A stretch of DNA of 64,000 bases from assembly GCF_030028105.1 (NCBI RefSeq), contig NC_092376.1:164205613-164269612 (forward strand), read 5' to 3'. This document shows, in pieces, positions 1-12,916 of this stretch. This DNA comes from Mobula birostris (lineage: Eukaryota). How positions within the stretch are numbered: position 1 is the stretch's first letter; every line of letters begins with the position of its first letter. The position numbers and the translations under genes were made by a program. Under the pieces are notes generated by a model. It was not told the DNA's origin, did no database searches, and worked only from the letters and a program-made list of their open reading frames with translations.

Positions 1-804
1 ATCCCACTGGCCCAGTATCACCTGACCTACCTGGGTCACCTTCTTACTGGCTCTAGTTCAGGGCTACAACTAATGTCTATGGTTTCTGTCCCCTGACCTT
101 GTTCCTTTCAGCTCTGACTGGTTCAAATCTGTCAAAACTAGGTGACCTAGACACTGAATCTAGTGAGACTACAGATCACTTTTCTGGTACGTCTGCCACT
201 TACGTAATAAATAGCTAGTCATCCGAGAATGGTCTCAGGTTTAGCAGGTCATTAGCTAAAGTTCCTTGTGCCCACATTCAACTGCTCTGATTAGATTATC
301 CCAGAGCAAAAATCAGTTCAGAATTCACAAAATGGGGGGCGGTGGCAAGGGAGGACAAACAAAGTCTGCTCTCCCTCTCTTTGATTCATCCACATCCACT
401 GATTTGTAGATTGGAGTTTCTTCCGGTCAAAAAATTACTGTCTGGTTTATCAGCAAACTCTCACAATATAGAAGAAATACAATGATCTGTCAAATCAGCT
501 GAGAAGGTCATTGTAGTCTACCATCACTGCAGGACTTGTACATGTCCAGGACAAAGAAGTGGACAGTCAAAATCACTGTGGACACTACCCACCCAGCAAA
601 TTGCCTTTTCCAAAAGCTTCGTTCTGTTAAGTGCTATGGTTATTAAAACAAAAACTTCACACCATATAAAAGTTTCTCCACCCCAGGCAGTTAATCTGAT
701 CAACCATTCTATTTAGCCACCCTCCCCATCCCCCTTATCTACTACCTCAGTCATTGCACTGGACAGCAAAACACTTTAAACCACTTTTTATAATGCTTCT
801 GAAA

Positions 805-1298
805 TGCCCGCTTCGCTGCCGCTGCTACTGTGTGGTAACCGGAATCTCCGGAGTAGAAGGCCCCGAAATTCTCGGCTTGGCGTGTTTCAGCAGCCGGGGC
901 GAGGTCGAAGGCGCTCGGGAGGCTGGTCGGAAGCTCAAAGTTTTCAGACGGATGGACTCAGTGTCGGCTGCTTCCAAGGCATTGGCAAGTTGACGGTGCC
1001 TGGAGGTTTATGGCAGGGAGTTTCTCCCTTTTGCCGCCTGCTTATCAGGGACTCGGGAGTCGATTGACTCCGGGACTTTTGAGACTTTATTTACCGTGCC
1101 CATGGCTTGTTCTTCATCAAAATATGGTATTGCTTTGCACTGCTGTAACTATATGTTATAATTATGTGGTTCTGTCAGTGTTAGTCTTTGGTTTGTCCTG
1201 TTTTCTGTGATATCTGTGAGAAACATTGCATCATTCCTTAATGCACGTATGCATTTCTAAATGACAATAAAAGAGGACTGAGTGTTCTCATAATCTAA
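805..1298 (+). mobile_element. Interspersed SINE-like repeat, related to the copy at ~23930-24550
   Basis: The 3' ~170 bp (ATTATGTGGTT...AAATGACAATAAAAGAGGA...CATAATCTAA) matches the reverse complement of ~23930-24105. Confidence 0.55.
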
Positions 1299-1450
1299 TA
1301 TTGTAAATACATAATAGTATTTATACACATTTACTCACTTTCCATACTTTAACATCTAACTTTTTTATAATTCTTTCTTATAATTGTTCAATGTTGTTTT
1401 TGTTGAATGCCGCACCAACACAGCACAGTAAGTACCCAATGCATTATATA

Positions 1451-3032
1451 CAAACCCCATTTCCAGGAAAGTTGGGATATTTTCCAAAATGCAATAAAAA
1501 CAAAAATCTGTGATATGTTAATTCACGTGAACCTTTATTTAACTGACAAAAGTACAGAGAAAAGATTTTCAATAGTTTTACTGACCAACTTAATCGTATT
1601 TTGTAAACATACACAAATTTAGAATTTGATGGTTGCAACACACTCAACAAAAGTTGGGACAGAGTTAAAACAAGATTGAAAAGTGCACAGAATATTCAAG
1701 TAACACCGGTTTGGAAGACTCTACATTAAGCAGGCTAATTGGTAGCAGGTGAGGTATCATGACTGGGTATAAAAGTAGCGTCCATCAAAGGCTCAGTCTT
1801 TGCAAGCAAGGATGGGTCATGGCTCACCCCTTTGTGCCAAAATTCGTGAGAGAGTTGTTAGTCAGTTCAAAAGGAACATTTCTCAATGCAAGATTGCAGA
1901 GAATTTAGGTCTTTCAACATCTACAGTACATAATATTGTGAAAAGATTCAGAGAATTCAGAGATATCTCAGTGCGTAAAGGGCAAGGTCGGAAACCACTG
2001 TTGAATGCGCGTGATCTTCGAGCCCTCAGGTGGCACTGCCTAAGAAACTGTCATGCTACTGTGACAATTATAGTCACCTGGGCTCGGGAGTACTTCGGAA
2101 AACCATTGTCACTCAACAGTCCGTTGCTGCATTCAGAAACGCAACTTGAAACTGTATTACGCAAGGAGGAAGCCATACATCAACTCTATGCTGAAACGCC
2201 GGCGAGTTCTCTGGGCCCGAGCTCATCTCAGATGGACCGAAAGACTGTGGAACCGTGAGCTGTGGTCAGGTGAGTCCACATTTCAGCTAGTTTTCGGGAA
2301 AAAATGGGCGTCAAGTTCTCTGTACCAAAGATGAAAACGACCATCCAGATTGTTATCAGCGAAAGGTGCAAAAGCCAGCATCTGTGATGGTATGGGGGTG
2401 CATCAGTGCCCACAGCATGGTTGAGTTGCATGTATGTGAAGGTACCATTGACTCTGAAGCGTATATTAGGATTTTAGAGAGACATATGTTGCCATCAAGG
2501 CGACGTCTCTTCCCGGAACGTCCATGCTTATTTCAGCAGGACGATGCCAGACCACATTCTGCACAGGCTACAACAGCGTGGCTTTGTAGACACAGAGTGC
2601 GTGCGCTTGACTGGCCTGCTGCCTATCTCCTATGGCGCATCATGAAGAGGAGAATCAGACAACGGAGACCACGGACTGTTGAGCAGCTGAAGTCTTATAT
2701 CCAGAAAGAATGGACAAAATGTCCAATTGCAAATCTACTACAATTTGTATCCTCAGTTCCAAAATGATTAAAAAGTGTTATTAAAAGGAAAGGTGATGTA
2801 ACACAATGGTAAACATGCCTCTATCCCAACTTTTGTTGAGTGTGTTGCAGCCATCAAATTCTAAGTTTGTGTATGTTTACAAAATACAATTAAGTTGGTC
2901 AGTAAAACTATTGAAAATCTTTTCTTTGTACTTTTGTCAGTTAAGTAAAGGTTCACGTGAATTAACATATCACAGATTTTTGTTTTTATTGCATTCTGGA
3001 AAATATCCCAACTTTTCTGGAAATGGGGTTTG
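1451..3032 (+). mobile_element. Full-length Tc1-like DNA transposon (IR/DR type) with inactivated transposase
   Basis: ~215-bp TIRs (CAAACCCCATTTCCAG...; 1451-~1665 and ~2819-3032) with internal AAAGTTGGGA direct repeats, TA on both sides, TATAAAA at 1768. Transposase from ATG 1812 to ~2810 in three frames (HTH, GQGRKP, VMVWGCI, FQQDDARPH). Confidence 0.95.
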
Positions 3033-3079
3033 TACATGTAAATAAAGTTGATCGTTTATCCTTCATTTCTACAGCAACA

Positions 3080-3720
3080 ATCCCTGCTGACAAATCAGCA
3101 TATAGGAAAGAGATTGGAAATCTGGCTGGATGGTGCCACAACTACCTCTTACTCAATGTCAGCAAGACCGTGGAGCTGATTATTGATTACAGGAGGAAGA
3201 AACCAAAGGTCCATAAAACAGTCATTTGGGGATCAGAGATGGAGTTGGTCAGTAATTTTACATTCCTCAGCATTATCATCTTCAGAGGATCTGTTCTGGG
3301 TCCCCTTGTAAGTGACATTACAAAGAAAACATGGCAGCACCTCTATTTTAAAAGTTCTTGAAGATTCAGCATTTCATTTAGAACTTTGACAGACTTCTAT
3401 ATATGGTGAAGAGCATCCTGACTGGTTGCATAACAGCCTGGTATGAAAACACCAATACCCTTGAATAGAAAGCCTACAAAAAGTAGTGAGTACAGCACAG
3501 TTCATTAAGGGTAAAGCCCACCTGCCACCCCCCCCCCACCTTTGAACACCTCTATAAGGAGTTTGTTGCAGGAAAGTAGCATCCATCAAGGACTCTCACC
3601 ATCCAGCCCATGCTCTCTTAGTACTGTTGCCATCAGATAGGAGGTACAGGACCCTCAGGACCCACACCACCAGGTTCAGGAACAGTTATTACCCTTTAAC
3701 AATCAGGTTCTAGAAACAGA
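3080..3720 (+). mobile_element. Decayed Rex1/Babar-like LINE RT 3' fragment
   Basis: AYRKEIGNLAGWCHNYLLLNVSKTVELIIDYRRK; later RTHTTRFRNSY-like segment. Confidence 0.7.
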
Positions 3721-4335
3721 GAGTATAACCTCACTCATCCCAACAATGAACTGTTCTCACTATGGTCTCACTTTCAAGGATCTCACGTTCAGATAGAAGA
3801 CTGCAGCACAGACACAGGCCCTTTGGCCCATCTAGTCTGTGTTGAACAATTAATTTGTGTAGTCCCATTGACCTCAACTGGACCAAAGCCCTCCATACCC
3901 TCCCATCTATGTGCCCAGATAAATTTCTGTCAAATGTTGGAATCGACCCTGCATCCGCTGGCAGCTTGTCCCACACTTTCACCACCCTGGGTGAAGTTGT
4001 TCCTCCTCATGTTCCCCTTAAACACACCTTTCACGCTTAACCCATGCCTCTAATTGTAGTCACATCCAATTTCAGTGGAAAGGGCCCGTTTACATTTTCC
4101 ATATCTATACCCCTTATTTATTGCTCATCTATTGTTGTTTTCTTTTTGTATTTGCAGTTTGACTGTCCACTTTGCTGTGTGCGATTTTCCTTGCTTCTAT
4201 TATGTTTCTTTGAATTTACTGTGAATTACCCGCAAGAAAAATAATTTTAGGGTGGTGTATAGTACATTGATAATAAATTTACTTTGAACTTTGCTCACTT
4301 TGCTCCCAACCCTCCTCCCGGAACCGGGATACCAT

Positions 4336-4478
4336 AAACACAAGAATGCTGACAGCTTTGAACAACACACACAAAACGCTGAGGGGACTCAGCAAGTCAA
4401 ACAGCATCCATGGAGAGAATAAACAGTCGACGTTCGGACCGGGACCCTTCGGAGTTCCTTCAGTATTGTGCGCGTTTC
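4336..4478. mobile_element. Short inverted Penelope-like terminal-repeat insertion
   Basis: 12-bp direct repeat CCGGGATACCAT at 4324-4335 and 4479-4490; family terminus followed by a short inverted terminus. Confidence 0.7.
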
Positions 4479-4648
4479 CCGGGATACCATTACGTCATGA
4501 AGCGGTGCTGAGCACAATCGAACGCCACGTAGACGGAGCACCGGGGAGCGCCCTGCATGCCCGACACTTCTCAACGCTCACCCCCCCCCCCAGTTACGCC
4601 AGCTTTAAGTCCGTCCATTCGCCAGTGACCGCTTTTCTCTCACTTTAC

Positions 4649-4673
4649 CTGGTTTCACGAACAGATCAGACAT
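4649..4673 (-). CDS. SRA1: Probable SRA1 (SRAP) first coding exon; rest of gene outside window
   Basis: Minus strand reads GAAATG TCT GAT CTG TTC GTG AAA CCA G|GTAAAG = MSDLFVKP(G) followed by a phase-1 donor. This resembles the SRAP N-terminus MAELYVKPG recalled from human and lies just downstream of a CpG-rich promoter. Only 8 codons are available. Confidence 0.75.
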
Positions 4674-4699
4674 TTCTTCTTCACTGTTCCACTTCTACC

Positions 4700-4800
4700 T
4701 CCTCCTCGCCGGGTCCGGAGTCTGACGCGCTGACGTCACGTCCGTCTCGATGAGTTACGTCATGCTTCACCAAAAGTTCTTAATTCATTCCGGAAATGCC
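4700..4800 (-). promoter_or_regulatory. CpG-rich promoter with CRE/ATF and ETS sites
   Basis: Perfect CRE TGACGTCA 4731-4738, TGACGC at 4723, TTACGTCA 4755-4762, ETS-type CCGGAAAT 4790-4797; local CpG enrichment in CpG-poor DNA. Confidence 0.65.
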
Positions 4801-5689
4801 GTTCGACCAACTGAGCTCATCCAGCAGATTGTTTGTTGCTTTGGTGGGTCTTCGTCATCAAAAGTTCAAAGTTTGAAGTACATTTATTATCAAAGTACAT
4901 ATATGTCACCATATACAAGCAATTTTCTGTGGGCATACTCATTAAATCCATAATAGAGTAATAACCATAATAGAATCAATGAAAGACCGCAGCAACTTGG
5001 GCTTTCAACCGGTGTGCAAAAGGCAAACTGCAAATACAAAGAGAAAGAAAAAAAATGAGCAATAAATATCGAGAACATGAGATGAAGAGTCTTTGAAAAT
5101 GAGTTCATTGGTTGTGGGAGCATTTCAATGATGGGGCAGATGAAGTTGAGAGAAGTTATCCCCTTTGCTTCAAGAGACTGATGAGGGTTACGTCTGGCTT
5201 GCCATTCAGTACAATCACACTCGATCTGTCCAAAATCTTAAGTAATACACACACAATACTGGAGGAACTCAGCAACTCAGGTAGCCAAAACCCTTCATCA
5301 ACTTTGGAAAGGAAAGGGCAGAGCCAGAATAAGAAAGTAGGAGAGGCAAAGGAGTGCAAGCTGACAGGTGATAGGTGAGACTAGGTCAAGAGAAATCTGC
5401 ATGGGTGGGGGAGGGAACACAGTTAAAGGGCTGAAGTAGTAATTTAATAAGAGAAGCCCATGCCCAAAATCTTAAGTGCTTTTCACCAGCATTTCTCAGA
5501 GCCTTGAATTGCCCATCCTTCTAAAATATATGCACTTCCTCCTCAAATATTTCCAATATTGCCACAACTTACTAACATGCAAGTCTTCAAAATATGGGAG
5601 GAAACTGGAACAGCAGAGGAAACCCACACCGTCACTGGGAAAACAGACGAAGTCCTTATAAACAGCAGTGGGAATTAGTTATAGTCATA

Positions 5690-6355
5690 TTTTATTGATC
5701 CTGGGGGAAATTGGTTTTCATTACAGTTGCACCATAAATAATAAATAGTAATAGAACCATAAATAGTTAAATAGTAATATGTAAATTATGCCAGTAAATT
5801 ATGAAATAAGTCCAGGACCAGCCTATCAACTCAGGGTGTCTGACCCTCCAAGGGAGGAGTTGTAAAGCTTGATGGCCACAGGCAGGAATGACTTCCTATG
5901 ACGCTCTGTGTTGCATCTCAGTGGAATGAGTCTCTGGCTGAATGTACTCCTGTGCCCACCCAGTACATTATGTAGTGCATGGGAGACATTGACCAAGATG
6001 GCATGCAACTTAGACAGCATCCTCTTTTCAGACACCACAGTGAGAGAGAGTCCAGTTCCATCCCCACAACATCACTGGCCTTACGAATGAGTTTGTTGAT
6101 TCTGTTGGTGTCTGCTACCCTCAGCCTGCTGCCCCAGCACACAACAGCAAACATGATAGCACTGGCCACCACAGACTCGTAGAACATCCTCAGCACCGTC
6201 CGGCAGATAATAAAGGACCTCAGTCTCCTCAGGAAATAGAGACGGCTCTGACCCTTCTTGTAGACAGCCTCAGTGTTCTTTGACCAGTCCAGTTTATTGT
6301 CAATTCGTATCCCCAGGTGTTTGTATTTGTAATCCTCCACCATGTCCACACTGAA
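5690..6355 (-). mobile_element. Rex1-like LINE 3' fragment
   Basis: DYKY.LGIRIDNKLDWSKNTEAVYKKGQSRLYFLRRLRSF...MFYESVVASAIMFAVVCWG; RHRKSFLPVAIKLYN. Confidence 0.85.
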
Positions 6356-7104
6356 TTGAACCCCAATCACTGGCGCTGTACAGCTTTGTGCTAATTGCTA
6401 CACCATGGTACTGACCTATTACAGCAACACTGAATAGTCTCCAATATTGGCCACCTATTTCCTGTCTACTGTGGTCAACAAATGATGCCAAAGAAAACTC
6501 AGCACTAGATTATTAAACGATTTTCTCAGTAAATTAGGTATGGAAACATACCATGCTTAAAATGCCAGTTAACTTCAAAATGAAAAGCATGAGCAAAACT
6601 TCTACTTGGAAGGAAATCTGTAATGTTATCAACTGGAATTCAATCATTTACATGAACATCTCAATAAATGCTTTGTCACTGAACTCACCTAATAAAATAT
6701 CAAGGTGTATTTAAAAAAAACACTTAATTTCTTCCCCAAAATTCCTTAGGCAATGTGAGCAGAGCTGTAAGATAATTCTCAAGATAAACTACAGGACACT
6801 GAATGAAATATTGCTCCAATATTTTTATAAATATATTTTGATTTTAATCTTGCTATAGTACAATATAGGCCCTTCACAACCTATCCATACAACATAGCAC
6901 AGAAACCAAATTCCATATACAAACTTGTGTGAAGTATTTTATTTTTAAGCAATAAAAAACATTGCATTAATGTACCAAGTGGTCCAGAAGTTGCTGGATA
7001 GAGAAACTCATATTCTGCATCTTATTTTGGAATTTTACATTACCTTTAGACTTTGATTAGCTTGAAATAATCAGAGGTAAGTGGCAAATATAAACTGCTA
7101 TATA

Positions 7105-8851
7105 AGCAACACGCACAAAATGCTGGAGGAACTCAGCAAGCCAGGCAGCATCTATGGAAAAAGCTACAGTCGATGTTTCAGGCCGAGACCCTTCAGCAGG
7201 ATTGGAGAAAAAAAGATGAGGAGTAGCGTTAAAAGGTGAGGGGAGGGGAGGAGAGAGAGAAACACAAGGTGATAGATGAAACTGGGAGGGGGAGGGATGA
7301 AGTAAAAAGCTGGGAAGTTGATTGGTGAAAGAAATACAGGGGGAGTCTGATAGGAGTGGACAGAAGGCCATGGAAGATAGAAAAGGGTGGAGAAGGAGCA
7401 TCGGAGGGAGGCGATAGGCAGGAAAGGAGATAAGATGAGAAAGGGAAAAGGGGATGGGGAATGGTGAAGGGGATGGGGCATTACCAGAAGTTCAAGAAAT
7501 TAATGTTCGTGCCATCAAGTTGGAGGCTACCCGAACAGAATATAAGGTTCCTCCAACCTGAGTGAGGTCTCATCGCAACAGGAGAGGAGGCCATGGATTG
7601 ACATATCAGAATGGAAATGGGAAGTGGAATTAACATGGATGGCCACCGGGAGATTAACTTCTGACAGACAGAGTGTAGGTGCTCAGCAAAGTAGACCCCA
7701 TATATGTCGGGTCTCACCAATATACAGGAGGCCACACCAGGAACACCTCCCAGTGGCCAACTTCTCTAGCCCTGTATTTCTGTCACCGATCAACTTCCCA
7801 GCTCTTTTACTTCATCCCTCCCCCTTCCAGATTCACCTATCACCTTGTGCATCTCTGTCCCTTCCTCCACCTTCTAAATCTACTCTTCATCTTTTTTTCT
7901 CCAGTCCTGCCGAAAGGTCTCAGCCTAAAACTTCAACTGTACTTCATTCCATGGATGCTGCCTGGCCTGCTGAGTTCCTTTTTCAAAAAATTTATTCATT
8001 TATGGGATGTGGGTGTCGCCACCTAAGCCAGCATTTATTGGATCACTCCTTGCCCTTGAGAAGGTGCTGACCTTCTTGAATTGCTGCAGTCCCTGAGGTG
8101 TATGCACACCCACAGTGCTGTTAGGGAGGGAATTCCATGATTTTGACCCGGCGACAATGAAGGAACAGCAATATGTTTCCAAGTCAGGATGGTGAGTGGC
8201 TTGTCGGGGGATTTCCAACTGGTGGTGTCTCAGGTATCTGCAGTCCTTATCCTTCTAGATGGTAGTGGTCGAGAGTCTGGAAGGTGCTGTCTTAGGAACT
8301 TTGGTGTGTTGTTGCAGTGCATTTTGTAGACAGTACAGACTGCTGCAACTGTTCATCAATAGTGGAGGGACTGGATGCTCATGAAAGGGTACCAGTCAAG
8401 TGGGCTGCCTTGTATTGGATGGTCTTAAGCCTCTTGAGTGTTGATGGAGCTGCACTCATCCAGGCAAGTGGCAAGTATTCCATTACACTCCTGATCTGAG
8501 CCTTGTACATGGTGGACAAGCTTTGGGGAGTCAGGAGGTGAGTTACATGCCACAGGATTCCAAGTCTTTGACCTGCTCTGGTTGCCACTGTGTTTATATG
8601 GCTAGACAAGTTCAGTTTCCTGTCAATGATAAACCCCGGGATGTTCATAGTAGGGGATACAGTGATGGTGATGCCACTGAATATCAAGGGATGATGGTTA
8701 GAGCTCTCTTGTTGGAGATGATCATTGCCTGGCACTTGAGTGGCTCAAAGGTTACTTGACATTTTTCAGCCCAAGCCTGGATATTGTCCAGTTCCTCCAG
8801 CATTTTGTGTGTATTGCTTGGATTTCCTGCATCTGCAGATTTTTTCGTTTG
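7105..8851. mobile_element. Penelope-like element with inverted terminal repeat, interrupted by a LINE
   Basis: GIY-YIG remnant on - strand (FAEHLHSV...SLQLDGTNINF); second arm from ~7750 resumes at ~8797; degenerate TSD TAAACTGCTATATA 7091-7104 / TAAAGTGCTATGTA 8852-8865. Confidence 0.8.
7980..8789 (-). mobile_element. Non-LTR retrotransposon (CR1/L2-group) 3' fragment nested in the Penelope-like element
   Basis: LSTMYKAQIRSVMEYLPLAWMSAAP; SKSWNSLP; AATAAA/A-rich tail on - strand; AGTTCCT duplicated at 7973-7979 and 8790-8796. Confidence 0.8.
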
Positions 8852-9617
8852 TAAAGTGCTATGTATAATATAGCTTTGCAATATCAATAAGCCTATTAAT
8901 CACAAACAATGAAAATTTAGTGAAAAACAAACAGGTATGGTTGGTGGGAACAGTGATTTTGGTTTTCCCTCTCTTATCCTTGGCTGTATCCACATATAAA
9001 GGGCCAAATGGAAGGAGTTCATAACTTTCACTGAATCTTCCCTAGCCAATGGGGATTGAATCTGTTGTTGTGGGTTAGCTAAATGTGATAAGCTTCCACC
9101 GTTCTTTTCTGATTATTTTGATGTTTAACATATCACTCCCTCAAAAAAAATTATAGTTGGACCACTTTTGGGACAAATTATCTGCAGAAGTGAGACAAGA
9201 AATTAAACTGTTCTTTTGTCTTTTAAGACTGAATGATGTTTCAGTTCTATTAACTACCCCTTTAATAAATTCCTTACACTGCAGCTTTAATTTGCTTTGG
9301 CATTTTAAAATTTGTATTTATAGCACAAATCCAACAGTTTCTTCAACCTCATTGAGAGCTTAATAACCTGAGATTGATAGCAAAGCAGCACAAATCAGTC
9401 ATTTCTGGCAATTCATAAGTCAATCCCCATCTCCTACAAATAATGAATCTTTTCTTGCATGGACAACAGTTCTAAATACATCATTTTTATCTCAACAATT
9501 TCTGGGCCATTAACTCCTTCAGGCACTATAACAATCTGACTTTTGCACTGGTCTTCTGAATACCCACATGTTGGCCCTGCAGAAAATAATCACACTCCTC
9601 ATGTCTTTGAGTTGCCT

Positions 9618-9701
9618 TCACTTTCCCAAATTTGAGAAATCTGGACCTCCACCGCTATAGTTTCCAGAAATGTCAGCTCCACTGAAGTCAAAGCCAGGAT
9701 G
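9618..9701 (-). CDS. NUDCD2: NUDCD2 last coding exon (84 nt incl. TGA)
   Basis: TTCCTAG|HPGFDFSGADISGNYSGGGPDFSNLGK*; the four exons total 474 nt = 157 aa + stop. Confidence 0.95.
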   Translation of the reverse strand, partial: HPGFDFSGADISGNYSGGGPDFSNLGK

Positions 9702-9809
9702 CTAGGAAGAAAGAGTTCAATTAGGATGTTTACATATAGACTTTAAAAGGAAGTGTGAGCCTTTGTAGAGTTTGTACTGTCAGCTTCAAAAAAAAAAATC
9801 AAGATTCAT

Positions 9810-10870
9810 AAACACAAGAGATTCTGCAGATGCTGGGAATCCATGGCAACACACACAAAGTGCTGGAGGAACTCAGTATGTCAGGCAGCACTTACGGAAC
9901 TGAATCGACTTTCAGGCTGAGACCCTTCATCAGTTCTGGAAAGGCAGGGAAAAGAACAGGAGGGGGAAAGGCACCATGGGGAAGTGATAGGCAGGTGAGG
10001 AAAAGAGAAAAAGTAACAGGAGGTTCAGAGTGGGGAATTGAAGGAGGAAAAATTACCATAAGTTGGAGAATTCAATGTTCTTGTCATCCGGTTGGACGCT
10101 ACCTAGAGCTGTTACTCCTCCAGCTTGAGAGCGGCCCATCGTGGCAATTGAGGTGGCCATGGACCGACATGATAGAATGGGAACAGGGATTGGAATTAAA
10201 ATGGTTGGCCATCGGGAAATTCTTCTTTTTGCAGATAGAGCAAATGTGCTCAATATAGCAATCCCCTGATCTACGTCGGGTCTAATCAATGTAGAGGAGA
10301 CCACATCAGGAACACTGGATACAGTAGACAACCCCAACAGATTCACAGGTGAAATGCTGCCTCACTTGGAAGGACTGTTTGGGGCCCTGAATGGAGGTGA
10401 GGAAGGAAATGAATGGACATGCAGGGATAAGTACCAGAAGGGAGATGATTGGGGAGGGATGAATGGACAAGGAAATAATGGAGGGAGTGATCCCTGCAGA
10501 AAGTGGAGAGTAGAGGGGAGGTAAAGATGTGTTTGTTGATAGGATCCCATTGAAGATGGTAGAGGTTGCAGAGAATAATGTGCTAGATGAAGTGGCTCAT
10601 GGGTGAGGGCAAGAGGAATGCTATACTGTTAAGATGGGGCAAAGGCAGACATCCAAGAAATAGAGGAGATGCAGGCAAAGACAGCATCAATGGTGGAGGA
10701 AGTGAAACCCCGTCCTTTGAAGGAACCCTATTCTCTGATGTTCTGCAAAGGGAAGTCTCATCCTGGGAACAGATGCAGCAGAGATGAAGGAACCAAGAAA
10801 GGGAAATGGCATTTTTACAGGAGACAGGGAAGGTACAGGTAGTCAAGATAGCCGTGGCGTTGGTAGGTTT
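9810..10870 (-). mobile_element. Penelope-like retroelement 3' fragment in NUDCD2 last intron
   Basis: RAPKQSFQVRQHFTCES-type and CKNAISLS..LHLCCICS segments, plus family terminal repeat. Confidence 0.8.
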
Positions 10871-11273
10871 ATATGGAACATACTGTATATAGAATATCTT
10901 AAGATTCAGCAAGCTGGAGAATTCCCAATTACATCACAGGAAGATGACCATAAAGGGAAATATAAAACAATATTCTAATTTTCATTGTTTCACCACTTTG
11001 ATTGTTTTCTTTACATTGTCTTCAATGTAATTCATTTCCTTTAATTTCAAAGAAATGAATTCCACACAATGTGGAGAAAGTAAAAAGAGTGCAATCAGTG
11101 TGGGATTAAATGTATGGGAGATGGTCGGAATGGACTCAGTGGGCCGAAAAGCTGTTTCCTTTCTGTATAACTCTGACTTTTTCTAGAAAACCACTTTCAG
11201 AATCCTTCTGATTTTAAGAGATTTTTTTTTTTTTTTTTTTTTGCAGAATTTACCTCAAACATCTCCAATCAAA

Positions 11274-11483
11274 CACAAAAATTGCTGGTGAACGCAACAG
11301 GCCAGGCAGCATCGATAGGAAGAGGTACAGTCGGCATTACGGACCGAGACCCTTCGTCAGACAAAGGGTCTCGGCCCGAAATGTCAACTGTACCTCTTCC
11401 TATCGATGCTGCCTGGCCTACTGCGTTCACCAGCACTTTTTGTGTGTGTTGCTTGAAATTCCAGCATCTACAGATTTCCTCAT
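11274..11483. mobile_element. Palindromic Penelope-like terminal-repeat unit
   Basis: ~85-bp inverted arms meeting at ~11360; TSD ATCTCC(A/T)ATCAAA 11261-11273 / 11484-11496. Confidence 0.85.
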
Positions 11484-11891
11484 ATCTCCTATCAAATGCT
11501 CTTCAAAGACATTCCACAGAGATCCTAATTCATCAGCAACATAACTAAATTCAATATTATTTTCTAGCTCCCATCACAAAGTCCCCTTGATTTCTTTGTT
11601 CCTCACTCTGTCGAGCTCAAGTATCACCTTAAAACAGAAAATGTTAGAATATTCAGCACATCAGGAAGCATCTAGCATGCTGCTATGATTCTAATTGGTA
11701 ATTTATTATTGTCACATATACCAAGATACAGTGGAAAAAATGTTTTGTAAGCCATCCATATTGTTGAGAAATGCAGACTTTCAGTAGAGTCACAAACTCA
11801 ATTAGCCCTACAATTTGAATATTTTCATCTATTACTGCTGCCCATTGATTATAGAAATAAAATGAGCATTTCCACTAATTTCTGAATTATA

Positions 11892-12588
11892 TGTAATGCA
11901 CTGTACGGTTTCATTGCTAATGTAATGTTTCTCTGTAGCAGCAATGTTTGGGTTATGACTAGCGATAATGGGGCTTTGGAATATGAGGCTATCCAATGAG
12001 AGGGATGTTGTTCTTTGCGTGTCAGGGAGCAGGGATTTTGCGGTCTTTTGCCAGGGAGAGATGAAGAGAGAAGACGCGACTGGAGAGAGTTGGTTGACCG
12101 CTAGATGGAGTGGACTTGGAGCGAGGGTCCAAAGATCAGCGATGCTCGGAGGCCGTCGATGGTGGACTAACTGCCTTATCAGTGAGCTCCAACGTTGCGC
12201 ATTAGACTGTTTCATGAGAATGGGCCCTTTTCACTAGATACACTAGTGAAGTTTAAGAGACTACTAGACAGGTATATGGAGGAATCTAAGGCGGGGGCTT
12301 ATATGGGAGGCAGGGTTTGAGGGTCGGCACAACATTGTGGGCTGAAAGGCCTGTACTGTGCTGTACTATTCTATATGTTTTCTTGTTTCTTTACTAACCG
12401 TATAGTCAAATTAAGAATTATAAAGCTCAATCATTAATCTCATATTGTGCACTGTTTGTTATTTCATGGTACTGATTTGTAACAGGGGACACATCGCACA
12501 GCATCCACCCAAACAAGGTTTCTTAAGTTTGGCTTGGCTGAGGGCTGTCTTCCCCTAGATTAAGCCACTAGCCGAACTGAGACTTACA
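11892..12588. mobile_element. Possible solo LTR containing a CR1 3' end (~12233-12375)
   Basis: TGTAA...TTACA termini, GC-richer than flanks; TSD only 4/5 (TTATA/ATATA). Confidence 0.35.
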
Positions 12589-12916
12589 ATATATCAGTTG
12601 AAGAGGTCAAAATGATACTGCATTAGTTCATAGTGACAGAAACTTCGGGTGTAATCAGAGAAATTAAAAAAAACACAACATATAGTTTGTAAATTGTATA
12701 GATAGTCCAGAACTTCATTATTGTATTCTCCAGGCTACCAATGTTGGTACCATCAGAAGCTTCAGAATTAAATGTTGTTGTTGTTGTTACAATTTAACTA
12801 TTTTACATTTTCTTTTCATTATATTTATTTTAAAATTCTGGGTAATAATAATCCAATGACATATCTATTGTTTTCTCAAAGTAACTATGCTGGAAACTAT
12901 GCATTAAGTTGCTTAC

